Origin: an uncultured Eubacteriales bacterium
GTDB lineage: Bacteria > Bacillota > Clostridia > Oscillospirales > QAMX01
Length of the DNA stretch: 59,301 bases
Direction: 5' to 3'
Assembly (NCBI GenBank): GCA_959600635.1
Contig: CAUGMN010000005.1
Span: forward strand, 1 to 59,301
A model generated the notes under the pieces. That model had not been told where the DNA came from and ran no database searches. It saw only the letters and a program-made list of their open reading frames with translations. Of this stretch, positions 1-8,267 are shown one piece after another. Numbering within the stretch: position 1 is the first letter of the stretch; each line of letters begins with the position of its first letter. The position numbers were made by a program, and so were the translations under genes.

Positions 1-7
1 GGTTCTC

Positions 8-379
8 TTAAAAACACCATATAGATTTTTGTACGCCGCCGCCCGCCATCGAGCAAAGTTTTACACCTATTTGGGGATAAAACAGTTCGTAGCCGGGGGC
101 GGGCGTCAGTGTCAGCGTCACCTCGTGACCGGCGGGAAAACGATAGGTTCCAGCCGGGGCAACAGCACCGTGAACGCCGTCGCTGACAGAAAGGCGGTAC
201 TGCCGGTCGGCCGTCGCCGCTGTGGGTGTGGAGGTGAAAGCGGTTTCCGTCGTCACGGCCGACGAAGGCGCAGAAACAGGCGGATCACTTTGCTGCGGTT
301 CGTCCGGCCCATGACAGGCAGACAGCAGAAGCGCTGCGGTCAGCGCCGCGCCCGCAATGCTGAATCGTTGCTTCTTCAT
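8..379 (-). CDS. small lipoprotein, unknown function
   Basis: ORF 8..457(-). Internal ATG at 379 has GAGG 7 nt upstream. N-terminus MKKQRFSIAGAALTAALLLSAC is a signal peptide plus lipobox. Confidence 0.55.
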   Translation of the reverse strand: MKKQRFSIAGAALTAALLLSACHGPDEPQQSDPPVSAPSSAVTTETAFTSTPTAATADRQYRLSVSDGVHGAVAPAGTYRFPAGHEVTLTLTPAPGYELFYPQIGVKLCSMAGGGVQKSIWCF

Positions 380-819
380 AAAAAAACCTCGCTTTCGCGG
401 ACTTTGCAGAAAAGAAACGGATTGGACGCGGAGGTTCGGCCAGAATGTCTGGGTCATGGAAAAACGGTCGCTTGGATGACAGTCGTGACCTCAACCTTGA
501 TTTTGATCTTTACGACAGCGTTTCGGGCGGGCTGAAATGAACCGAAAGAACGGCGGAAAGCGGAGTTTTGATAGAGGAACGATCGATATGAAAAAAATAT
601 CGTAACCCTTCGCCATCCATTAAATTTATTATACAAACAGCGGAGAAAAAAGTCAACATTTAAAAACGAAAAACAGCAAACCAAACGCCGCCCAGACAGA
701 ACCGGCAAAAGCAGGGGTTGATCGTTTTGCTTCCGGCGACAATTTATCTCCGCCGGAAGCTGTTTGCATATTTACGGAAAAAATTCTTTGGAAAAATCGG
801 ATTTGCGTGTTGAATTAGG

Positions 820-848
820 CGGTCGATTCTTGTATAATGATGGTATCG
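820..848 (+). promoter_or_regulatory. sigma-A-type promoter candidate (TTGAAT-17-TATAAT)
   Basis: Hexamers read directly, ~75 nt upstream of the 924 CDS. Confidence 0.4.
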
Positions 849-923
849 GCTCTCAGCCGAATGATGGATCCGGGCGAACGTCGGAACGCTCGCCGGATGG
901 ATTTCCAATCGGAGGAAAGACTT

Positions 924-1721
924 ATGATTCAGCTTGGCGTAAACACTGTTCTGTACAAGGCGTTTCCGCTGCGTGACGCGGTGGAAAATCTGAAAAAAAT
1001 CGGCTATGACGGATTTGAGATCTCGGCCATCGAGGGCATGTGCGAGCACCTCAAACTCAGCGACTGGCGCAGCCAGAAAAACGAGATTTCCGAGCTGTGC
1101 GAGGAGTTCGGCATGAAGCTGCTCGCCACGGAGGTCGCGAGCACCGACCCGGCGCGCCTGACGCTGGCGTTCGAAGCGGCGAAGGAGCTGGGGATCCCCG
1201 TCGTCAACATCGGCCCCAAGGGAAAATCGAACGTTGAGGAAGATCTTGTCGACTGTATCGAACATATGCAGATGCTCGCGAAGCTCGCCGAGAGCTATCA
1301 GGTGACGCTGTGCATGAAGGCGCACGTCGGCGCCAGCGTGTACAGCACGCCGACGACGCTGCGGATGATCGAAAGCGTCAAAAATCCGTATTTCGGCATC
1401 GATATGGACCCGAGCCACATCTTCCGCTGCGGCGAGGAGCCGGAAAACGCGCTGTCGGCCGTGCTGCCCGCTATGCGCCACATCCACATCCGCGACTGTC
1501 ACGGCAGAGAGACCTCGCCGGGGACGCCGTTCCAGCAGATCTGCGGCACGGGCAATATCAATCTGCGCGGCTATGTCGCCGAAATGGTGAAGCAGGGCTA
1601 TGACGGCCCGGTCGATCTTGAAGTGATCGGGCCGGAGCTCACGCTCGCGGAGGCCAATATCGTCGCCGCGGAGAGCTACGGCTATCTGAACGCCTGCCTC
1701 AAAGATCTCGGCGCGCGGTAA
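924..1721 (+). CDS. sugar phosphate isomerase/epimerase (xylose isomerase-like TIM barrel)
   Basis: ATG at 924 follows GGAGG at 911. Sequence IQLGVNTVLY...GYDGFEIS...HIHIRD is typical of the AP-endonuclease-2/xylose-isomerase-like TIM family. Confidence 0.8.
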   Translation: MIQLGVNTVLYKAFPLRDAVENLKKIGYDGFEISAIEGMCEHLKLSDWRSQKNEISELCEEFGMKLLATEVASTDPARLTLAFEAAKELGIPVVNIGPKGKSNVEEDLVDCIEHMQMLAKLAESYQVTLCMKAHVGASVYSTPTTLRMIESVKNPYFGIDMDPSHIFRCGEEPENALSAVLPAMRHIHIRDCHGRETSPGTPFQQICGTGNINLRGYVAEMVKQGYDGPVDLEVIGPELTLAEANIVAAESYGYLNACLKDLGAR

Positions 1722-1922
1722 CGCCGGGCGGAAACCGCTGTCAAAAACAAACTATAATGAACCATACACCGGCGCAAAGCTCACGCAGTTCGTTGTCCGG
1801 CCCGTTTGCCGGACAACGGGCGCCGGCGAAGAGTCTTTTGCCGCGCTCCGCCCGCCCGCGCTTCCGGCGCGGAGCGGGAAAACGGCAATCGGCTGAATCC
1901 ACTACATAAAGGAGATTTTTTC

Positions 1923-3308
1923 ATGAAGAAAAAACCGAACGTGCTGTTTTTCGGGATCGATTCCTGCCGCGCGCTCAACCTGAGCCTGTGCGGGTATCAT
2001 CGCCAGACGACGCCGCACATCGAGCGCATGGCGGAGGACGGCGTCAACTTTGTCAACTGCTTCTCGCCGAGCATTCCCACGCCGCCGGGCTATTCGGCGC
2101 TGCTGACCGGCCGCGACTGCTTCGGCACGGGGATTGTCACGCTCAGAAACGTCCCGAATCTCCCCGAGGGCATTACCTTGCAGGAAGAGCTCTCGAAAAA
2201 CGGCTATAACTGCACCTGTATCGGCTTCGGCGACGGGCAGTATACGCACGGCTTCCAGAAATACATCAACTATTCCGGCTGGGGCGCCGACCGCGAGGAC
2301 GGAAAATCCCACAAGGCGGAGAACATGAACGACGTGGCGATCCCCGAGCTCAAACGGCTCGCCGCCGAGGATCAGCCGTTCTTCCTCTTCCTGCGCCATA
2401 TGGACCCGCACTCCCCGTATCTGCCGCCGGCGCCGTTCGACCGGATGTTCCATTCGGGCGACGAGTGCGACCCCGACAACCACTCGCTCGACGAGCTCTA
2501 TGCGTTTGAGCCGTTCCGCGATTATTTCAGAGAATGGTTCCCGGCCGGCTGTACCGACAAGGAGTACATTAACGCCCAGTACGACGGCGCGATCGCCTAT
2601 ATGGACAGCTGCATTCAGCGCATCTTCACAACGGTGCGCGAGCTCGGCATCGAAAACGATACGCTGATCGTTCTCACCAGCGATCACGGCGAGACGCTCG
2701 ACGAGCACAGCTGCTACTACGATCATCACGGCCTCTACGAGGGGACGCTGCACGTTCCGCTCGTCTTCAAGCTGCCCGGCGTCGTGCCCGACGGCTATGT
2801 GTTCGACGACTATGTCCAGCAGAAAGATGTTATGCCGACGATTTTGGAGATCCTCGGAATCAAGACAAAGCTCAAATTCGACGGCCGCAGCCTGGTTCCG
2901 CTCTGGACGGACGGTGAGCGCGAGGCCGAGCCGGAGATGTATCTGACCGAGGCGACCTGGATGCGCAAGCACGGCTGGCGCACGCCGGAGTGGAAGCTCA
3001 TTGTCTCTTTGGAGCCGGATTTCCACTTCAAGCCGAAGGTCGAGCTTTACAATCTCATTAAAGACCCGCTTGAACTCGACAACGTCGCCGACAAAGAGCC
3101 GGCCGTCGTCAAAATGCTGACGCAGCGCATGGAAAAGCACATCGCCAAGCGCAAAAAAGCCTATAAGACGGAGAACCCCATCGACGTCGCCGCGACGATC
3201 TGGAATCCGCTCAACCGCCCGTTTGAATCGAGCGAGGAGGCGTACACGACGCTGCATATCGGCGACCCGAAGGCGGCTCAGAAGCTGCAATCGCAGGAGA
3301 GAAAATAA
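1923..3308 (+). CDS. sulfatase-fold (alkaline phosphatase superfamily) enzyme, cytoplasmic, non-canonical nucleophile motif
   Basis: ATG at 1923 follows AAGGAG. Contains LFFGIDSCR, SPSIPTPPGYSALLTGR, LFLRHMDPHSPY and LTSDHGE. No signal peptide. Confidence 0.8.
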   Translation: MKKKPNVLFFGIDSCRALNLSLCGYHRQTTPHIERMAEDGVNFVNCFSPSIPTPPGYSALLTGRDCFGTGIVTLRNVPNLPEGITLQEELSKNGYNCTCIGFGDGQYTHGFQKYINYSGWGADREDGKSHKAENMNDVAIPELKRLAAEDQPFFLFLRHMDPHSPYLPPAPFDRMFHSGDECDPDNHSLDELYAFEPFRDYFREWFPAGCTDKEYINAQYDGAIAYMDSCIQRIFTTVRELGIENDTLIVLTSDHGETLDEHSCYYDHHGLYEGTLHVPLVFKLPGVVPDGYVFDDYVQQKDVMPTILEILGIKTKLKFDGRSLVPLWTDGEREAEPEMYLTEATWMRKHGWRTPEWKLIVSLEPDFHFKPKVELYNLIKDPLELDNVADKEPAVVKMLTQRMEKHIAKRKKAYKTENPIDVAATIWNPLNRPFESSEEAYTTLHIGDPKAAQKLQSQERK

Positions 3309-3326
3309 CGGAAACGAGATGAGATC

Positions 3327-4328
3327 ATGCAGAGAGTTTGCGTAATCGGCCTCGGCCATATCGGCAACCTGCATTCAAGAATCTATAAAGGTTGCAAAAA
3401 TGCGGAGCTGGTCGGCGTCTGCGACCTGATCGAGGAGCGCGCCGCCGCCGCGGGCAAAGCCTACGGCGTGCCGTACTACCTTGACGCGCAGAAGATGCTC
3501 GACGAATTAAAGCCCGACCTGTGCAGCGTTGCTACGGGCGGCTATGAGTACAGCTCCGACCACTATAAGCCGTCGATGCAGGTGCTCGCCTCCGGCGCGC
3601 ATCTGCTGTGCGAAAAACCGATTTCCAACGACATCGGCCATGCGCGCGAGATGGTGGCGCTGGCGGAGAAGAACAACCGCTGCTTCGGCATCGATTTTAA
3701 TCACCGCTTTACGCCCGCGTCGTTTGAGGCGGAGAAATGGCAGCGCGAGGGCCGCCTCGGCGACCTGCTGTTCTGTAACATGGCGCTCTGGATCGGCAAG
3801 CCCGGCGAATTCGAGTCGCCGTACTACCATTTAAAAGCGCTCAACCCGCACAGCGTCGACATGATGCGCCACTTTTGCGGCGATATCGAAAAGGTGCAGT
3901 GCTTTGCGATGAAGGCGCCGGGGCGCAACATCTGGTCGAGCGCCTCGATCAATATGTACTTCAAATGCGGCGCAATCGGCCACCTGACGTCGAGCTACGA
4001 TCTGGCGCGCGGCCATCCGATGGAGCGCTGCGAGGTCGCCGGCACGAAGGGGCGCATGGTCGTCGAAGACATGTGGCGCGAGGCGACGCTGTACCCTGCC
4101 GACGACATGACGAAGCTCTGCTACACCAACCCGGTGTTCGGCGGTTATTCCAATTTCGACGACACCTTCCGCTGCCGCATCGAGACGTTTGTCAAACAGG
4201 TCGACGAGGGCGTCGCGCCCGCGCAGATTAACGGCAGCGGCAAAGACGGGCTGGAAGCGCAGCGCGTCATTCACGCGGCGATCAAGAGCCTTGACGAAGG
4301 CAGAATCGTCGAAGTCGCCGAGATTTAG
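3327..4328 (+). CDS. Gfo/Idh/MocA family oxidoreductase
   Basis: N-terminal Rossmann motif VCVIGLGHIGNLH and the EKP motif (LLCEKPIS). Confidence 0.85.
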   Translation: MQRVCVIGLGHIGNLHSRIYKGCKNAELVGVCDLIEERAAAAGKAYGVPYYLDAQKMLDELKPDLCSVATGGYEYSSDHYKPSMQVLASGAHLLCEKPISNDIGHAREMVALAEKNNRCFGIDFNHRFTPASFEAEKWQREGRLGDLLFCNMALWIGKPGEFESPYYHLKALNPHSVDMMRHFCGDIEKVQCFAMKAPGRNIWSSASINMYFKCGAIGHLTSSYDLARGHPMERCEVAGTKGRMVVEDMWREATLYPADDMTKLCYTNPVFGGYSNFDDTFRCRIETFVKQVDEGVAPAQINGSGKDGLEAQRVIHAAIKSLDEGRIVEVAEI

Positions 4329-4396
4329 TAGCGAGGCGCATTTGCTGAAACACAGAGATGATTTGAATGATTTTTATAAAAAGGAGCTGACGCAAA

Positions 4397-5509
4397 ATGG
4401 CGATTAAAGTAGGCGTCGTCGGTATGGGCGGCATCGGCAATACCCACGCGCGCGCGTATGTGAGCGACCCGCTGGCAGAGCTGATCGCGGTCTGCGATAT
4501 CAACCGCGAAAAGGCCGACAAGGCGGCGGAGGAATACGGCGTCAAGGCGTATTATTCGCTCAAAGAGATGATCGAGTCCGAGCCGGACCTCGAAGCGGTT
4601 TCGATCTGCACCAGCGGCTATGAAAACGGCTCGTTCCACTTTGAACCGGCGATGGAGGCGCTGTCCTACGGCAAAAAGGTGCTCTGTGAAAAGCCGCTCT
4701 GCGCCGATATCCGCGACGCGCGCGAGCTGGTCAAGTACGCGGCCGACAACAAGCTGTACCTCGGCTGCAACCTCAACCACTATTTTACCGAGCTGGCCGC
4801 CAAGGCGAAGAAATTGCAGGAGGACGGCGAGATCGGCGAACTGGCGTACTGCCTGCATAAGGTCGGCTTCGACGGCAGCGACGCGGGCTACGGCGGTGTC
4901 GGCGATCCGAAATCGCGCTGGCTCAAACCGTATTCGCACTGCAAGGCGTTCCTGACGCACCCGTTCTCGGTCATGCGTTACTTCTGCGGCGATATCACGC
5001 ATGTGCAGGCGTTCCTCGACCGTCCCGGCGTCCGCAAGACCGCGGGCGACCCGATGCTGTCGATCAACAGCGTCAACTGCAAGTTTGAAAAGGGCGGCGT
5101 CGGCGTTCTGATCAGCCAGCGCGGCGACGCGCGCTTCGGTCTCGGCGGCTGGTGGAGCTATGAGCACGCCGGCACAAAGGGCACGTTCTGCATCGAGAAC
5201 TGCGTTGAAAAGCTGACCTATTGGCCGGGCCACCGCCCGGGCGAGGACGGAAAGCTTGTTATGCCCGAACCGGAAGTCACCGACACGGGTATCAAGAACT
5301 TTGACGCCACTTTCCCGGTGCGTATCCACGCATGGCTGGAAGATCTGACCAACAAGGTTCACTACGAGTTCATCCGCTCCTCCGGCCGCGACGCCCTGGC
5401 GACGCTGGAATACATCGAAGCGGTGATCCAGTCCTACGAGTCGGGCGGCGAAATGGTTCGCCCGCATCCGCTGCCGGCCATCCACGGCACGCCGGAGTAT
5501 ATTCACTGA
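4397..5509 (+). CDS. Gfo/Idh/MocA family oxidoreductase
   Basis: AAGGAG RBS. Contains VGVVGMGGIGNTH and VLCEKPL. Confidence 0.85.
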   Translation: MAIKVGVVGMGGIGNTHARAYVSDPLAELIAVCDINREKADKAAEEYGVKAYYSLKEMIESEPDLEAVSICTSGYENGSFHFEPAMEALSYGKKVLCEKPLCADIRDARELVKYAADNKLYLGCNLNHYFTELAAKAKKLQEDGEIGELAYCLHKVGFDGSDAGYGGVGDPKSRWLKPYSHCKAFLTHPFSVMRYFCGDITHVQAFLDRPGVRKTAGDPMLSINSVNCKFEKGGVGVLISQRGDARFGLGGWWSYEHAGTKGTFCIENCVEKLTYWPGHRPGEDGKLVMPEPEVTDTGIKNFDATFPVRIHAWLEDLTNKVHYEFIRSSGRDALATLEYIEAVIQSYESGGEMVRPHPLPAIHGTPEYIH

Positions 5510-5544
5510 CAAACCCGCGCACAACCTGCACGGAACGCATACCG

Positions 5545-5590
5545 CGCCCTGCGTCCGGATATTACTCCGGACGCAGGGCGTCTGCTTTTC
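5545..5590 (+). terminator. rho-independent terminator
   Basis: 14-15 bp stem GCCCTGCGTCCGGA/TCCGGACGCAGGGC followed by a T-rich tract. Confidence 0.6.
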
Positions 5591-5633
5591 CCGCTTTTTG
5601 TGGAAAAAATAAAAAGAAAAAACGAAAATTATA

Positions 5634-5662
5634 TTGATCATCGAGCCGGAGAATGGTAAAAT
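5634..5662 (+). promoter_or_regulatory. sigma-A promoter candidate with extended -10 (TTGATC-17-TGgTAAAAT)
   Basis: Read directly. It would give a ~165 nt 5' UTR before the 5834 CDS. Confidence 0.45.
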
Positions 5663-5833
5663 GGAAACTGAGAGATCGGAAAAAGAACGGCGGCCGACAG
5701 GGGGATGACAGGGGGCGGAACAGCCCTCTGAAAGATGTGCTGTTATCCCGGCAGCCGGCGTTTTCCGCCGAGAAAACCTGTGGACTGTTTGAAGGCGTAT
5801 ACCTGAAATGCACTGGACGGGGAGGAAATGACG

Positions 5834-7075
5834 ATGGCGAACAGCGAGGAAAAAAAGCTCTTGCGGGAGCTTGCAAAGCGGTATATGGATCTGGCTCGGA
5901 TGCCTGTCAATGAGGAACGGAAGGAGCGGATGAAACGGACAAACGATCTCACGCCGGGACTGCGTCCGGCCGTGTGGATTGATGAGATTCCGTGGCATGA
6001 GATGGATATTGACGGACAGCTGAGCCTTGTCTGTGAAGATCCCTTCGCCCGCAGAATGGAATGGTTTTTCAAAAGCCAGCTGTACCGATGGAAGTATATT
6101 CAGGCGGATATGGTGCTTCTGCCATATTATGCCGTTCACAAAAAGTATTCGTCCACGGGAAACGGTCTGGATACGGATGAACGGATCATCAAGACGGACA
6201 GCAGAAATCATATTGTCTCCCACGCCTATCACGACATGCTGGCGACGGAGGAGCAGCTGGCAAAGATGAAGATGCCCGTGCTGACCGCATGCCCCGAAAA
6301 TGACCGGAAAAATGTCGAAATGGCCGAAGATATTTTAAACGGGATTCTGCCTGTGAAGCTGACGGGCCATCAGTTCTATTATTCTCCGTGGGATACCATC
6401 GCCACGCTGCGCGGCGTGGAGCCGATCCTGATCGATATGATCGACCGGCCCGAATTTCTGCACAAAATTGTCAGCCGCTTTGCGGAGCATCAGGCGGCGG
6501 TGATGGATCAGATGGAAGCGCTCGATCTGCTGGATGCTGAGCCGGTATCCCTGCACTGCACGCCGGCCTTTACAGACGATCTGCCGAAGCCTGCGCCGGA
6601 CGGAAAAGTGAGGCAGAAGAATGTGTGGTTCCGGGCGATGGCGCAGATGTTCAATGTGGTTTCGCCGGCGATTCATGAAGAGTTTGAGCTTCAATACATG
6701 CGGCCGCTGATGCAGCGCTGCGGGCTGGTGTATTACGGATGCTGCGAGCCGCTGGACAACAAGATTGATTTGCTGAAAACTGTGCCGAACATGCGGAAAA
6801 TCGGCGTGAGCCCGTGGTCGAATCAGGAGCGTTCGGCGGAACAGATGGAGAGCCGCTATGTCTTTGCCCGGAAGCCGAATCCGGCTTTTGTGGCGGGAAC
6901 GTTTGACGCTGAAACGGTGCGCCGCGAAATCCGGGAAACCGTTGAACTCTGCATCCGCTACAAATGCCCGTATGAATTTGTGCTGAAAGATATCAGCACC
7001 GTGTCCTATAAGCCGCAGAACCTGATTCAATGGAATCAGGTGGTTCAGGAAGTTCTGGATCACTATTATCGATGA
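5834..7075 (+). CDS. hypothetical cytoplasmic protein, uroporphyrinogen-decarboxylase (URO-D)-like fold suspected
   Basis: ORF 5828..7075. ATG at 5834 is 8 nt after GGAGG. WDTIATLRGVEPILIDMIDRPEF and YGCCEPL resemble the URO-D/MtaA family. The family call is tentative. Confidence 0.6.
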   Translation: MANSEEKKLLRELAKRYMDLARMPVNEERKERMKRTNDLTPGLRPAVWIDEIPWHEMDIDGQLSLVCEDPFARRMEWFFKSQLYRWKYIQADMVLLPYYAVHKKYSSTGNGLDTDERIIKTDSRNHIVSHAYHDMLATEEQLAKMKMPVLTACPENDRKNVEMAEDILNGILPVKLTGHQFYYSPWDTIATLRGVEPILIDMIDRPEFLHKIVSRFAEHQAAVMDQMEALDLLDAEPVSLHCTPAFTDDLPKPAPDGKVRQKNVWFRAMAQMFNVVSPAIHEEFELQYMRPLMQRCGLVYYGCCEPLDNKIDLLKTVPNMRKIGVSPWSNQERSAEQMESRYVFARKPNPAFVAGTFDAETVRREIRETVELCIRYKCPYEFVLKDISTVSYKPQNLIQWNQVVQEVLDHYYR

Positions 7076-7105
7076 ATATGCGATTGGAGTTGGAGGCGTA
7101 GAATC

Positions 7106-7519
7106 ATGTGTAAAAGGCTTTGCCTTTCCCTGATGCTCGCTGCACTGGCTTTTCTGTCTGCGGCGTGTGATCGAAAGCTGCCTGACAATTTCAGCGGAGC
7201 GACGGACAAAACCGACATCGGCAGGCCGGAAAGCACGCCCGTATCGGAGAATGCATCCGTATCGGATATACTTCCTGTATCGACCGCGCCGACTCTTCCA
7301 AAAACAACCGCAGCCGCCGCTCCGTCTCCCGATTCAGAACCCTCACAAACCACCGAGCTGAATCACCTGTTTCACGGCGAGCAGGCGGAGGTTTATCAGG
7401 CCGTGTGGGATTTTCTCTCTGACGAATACCGCGAGAAGGAGTTCGACGAGGTTGCTTATCTTGAAGAAACAGTAGGGATTCATGACGCCCGTCCGGCTCC
7501 GGTACCGCCGGAAGCGTGA
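7106..7519 (+). CDS. small lipoprotein, unknown function
   Basis: GGAGG RBS. N-terminus MCKRLCLSLMLAALAFLSAAC carries a lipobox. A Pro/Thr/Ser-rich linker follows. Confidence 0.6.
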   Translation: MCKRLCLSLMLAALAFLSAACDRKLPDNFSGATDKTDIGRPESTPVSENASVSDILPVSTAPTLPKTTAAAAPSPDSEPSQTTELNHLFHGEQAEVYQAVWDFLSDEYREKEFDEVAYLEETVGIHDARPAPVPPEA

Positions 7520-7527
7520 CAAAAGCT

Positions 7528-7580
7528 GCGGCCGTCCGACTCGTCCCCTTTCCGAGGGCGGCTCGGACGGCCGCTTTTCA
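7528..7580 (+). terminator. rho-independent terminator
   Basis: 12-bp perfect stem GCGGCCGTCCGA/TCGGACGGCCGC followed by TTTT. Confidence 0.6.
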
Positions 7581-7591
7581 GGGAGGTTTTC

Positions 7592-7705
7592 ATGATGAAC
7601 ACAAAAAAATTCGCCGCGCTGCTGCTGACAGCGGCGGTCTGCCTGACGACGCTGGCCGCCTGCGGCAAGAAAACAACTTTTTCATGGCCATGCCGGAAAG
7701 CGTGA
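7592..7705 (+). pseudogene. 37-codon lipoprotein signal-peptide ORF, possible truncated or frameshifted remnant
   Basis: GGGAGG RBS 5 nt upstream. Translation is MMNTKKFAALLLTAAVCLTTLAACGKKTTFSWPCRKA*. It stops 13 residues after the lipobox Cys. An adjacent frame stays open to 7803. Confidence 0.3.
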
Positions 7706-7806
7706 TTCCTGCGGCGGCTCGGACAAGAGAAAACCGCCGAGACTCTTACACTCGGGAGAAGACCGCCGGCGCACAGATTTTCTTGAAAGAAAAAGCGGCG
7801 TAAGAC

Positions 7807-7835
7807 TTGACAAACGGAGCTCGCTCTGCTATAAT
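7807..7835 (+). promoter_or_regulatory. consensus sigma-A promoter (TTGACA-17-TATAAT) for tRNA-Gly
   Basis: Perfect hexamers with a 17-nt spacer, 15 nt upstream of the tRNA 5' end. Confidence 0.65.
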
Positions 7836-7850
7836 ATAAAAAACTTGATT

Positions 7851-7926
7851 TGCGGATTTAGCTCATCTGGTAGAGCGCCACCTTGCCAAGGTGGAGGTAG
7901 CGAGTTCGAGCCTCGTAATCCGCTCC
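7851..7926 (+). tRNA. tRNA-Gly (anticodon GCC), CCA encoded
   Basis: Cloverleaf folded by hand. Acceptor GCGGATT/AATCCGC, D stem GCTC/GAGC, anticodon stem CCACC/GGTGG with loop TTGCCAA, T stem GCGAG/CTCGT, T loop TTCGAGC, discriminator T, then CCA. Confidence 0.9.
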
Positions 7927-8159
7927 AAAAGAGCGTATCGTTCAGATACGTTCTTTTTTTATATTTTTACCGCACGGAGCGCCGAACCGTCCTGCTGTTT
8001 CACACAAACTCAGCTTCTCCACAAGCAGCGGTTCTATTGCCGTTGTCTTGAATTCCGCAGCGGATCTCTTGCTTGCCAGCCCTGTTGGCGTCATCAAACA
8101 CCCCGCTTGTTATTTAGGATACCATGCTGTCTAACAAAAACAAATGGGGTGCAGTTCAC

Positions 8160-8188
8160 TTGTGCTCGGCGCTTTTTTGTTGTATAAT
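8160..8188 (+). promoter_or_regulatory. sigma-A promoter candidate (TTGTGC-17-TATAAT)
   Basis: Read directly upstream of the 8268 CDS. Confidence 0.4.
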
Positions 8189-8267
8189 ATTGCAGTTGGA
8201 AAACGCCGCGGCTTTGTTATTTCCGGCGGGAAACCTGCCGATGAAAAATGAGCGGGGAGAGAGTGAA

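Noticed and set aside
1902-3374. 490-aa ORF on the minus strand, opposite the sulfatase-fold gene.
   Set aside because: It is a shadow ORF, typical of high-G+C coding DNA. It is Arg/Ala/Gly/Val-rich low-complexity sequence with no RBS or motifs. The + strand product has clear family motifs.
4325-6232. 635-aa minus-strand ORF spanning the second Gfo/Idh/MocA gene, a terminator, a promoter and the start of the next gene.
   Set aside because: It runs antisense through a well-supported CDS and an intergenic terminator. Its composition is that of an antisense GC-rich frame.
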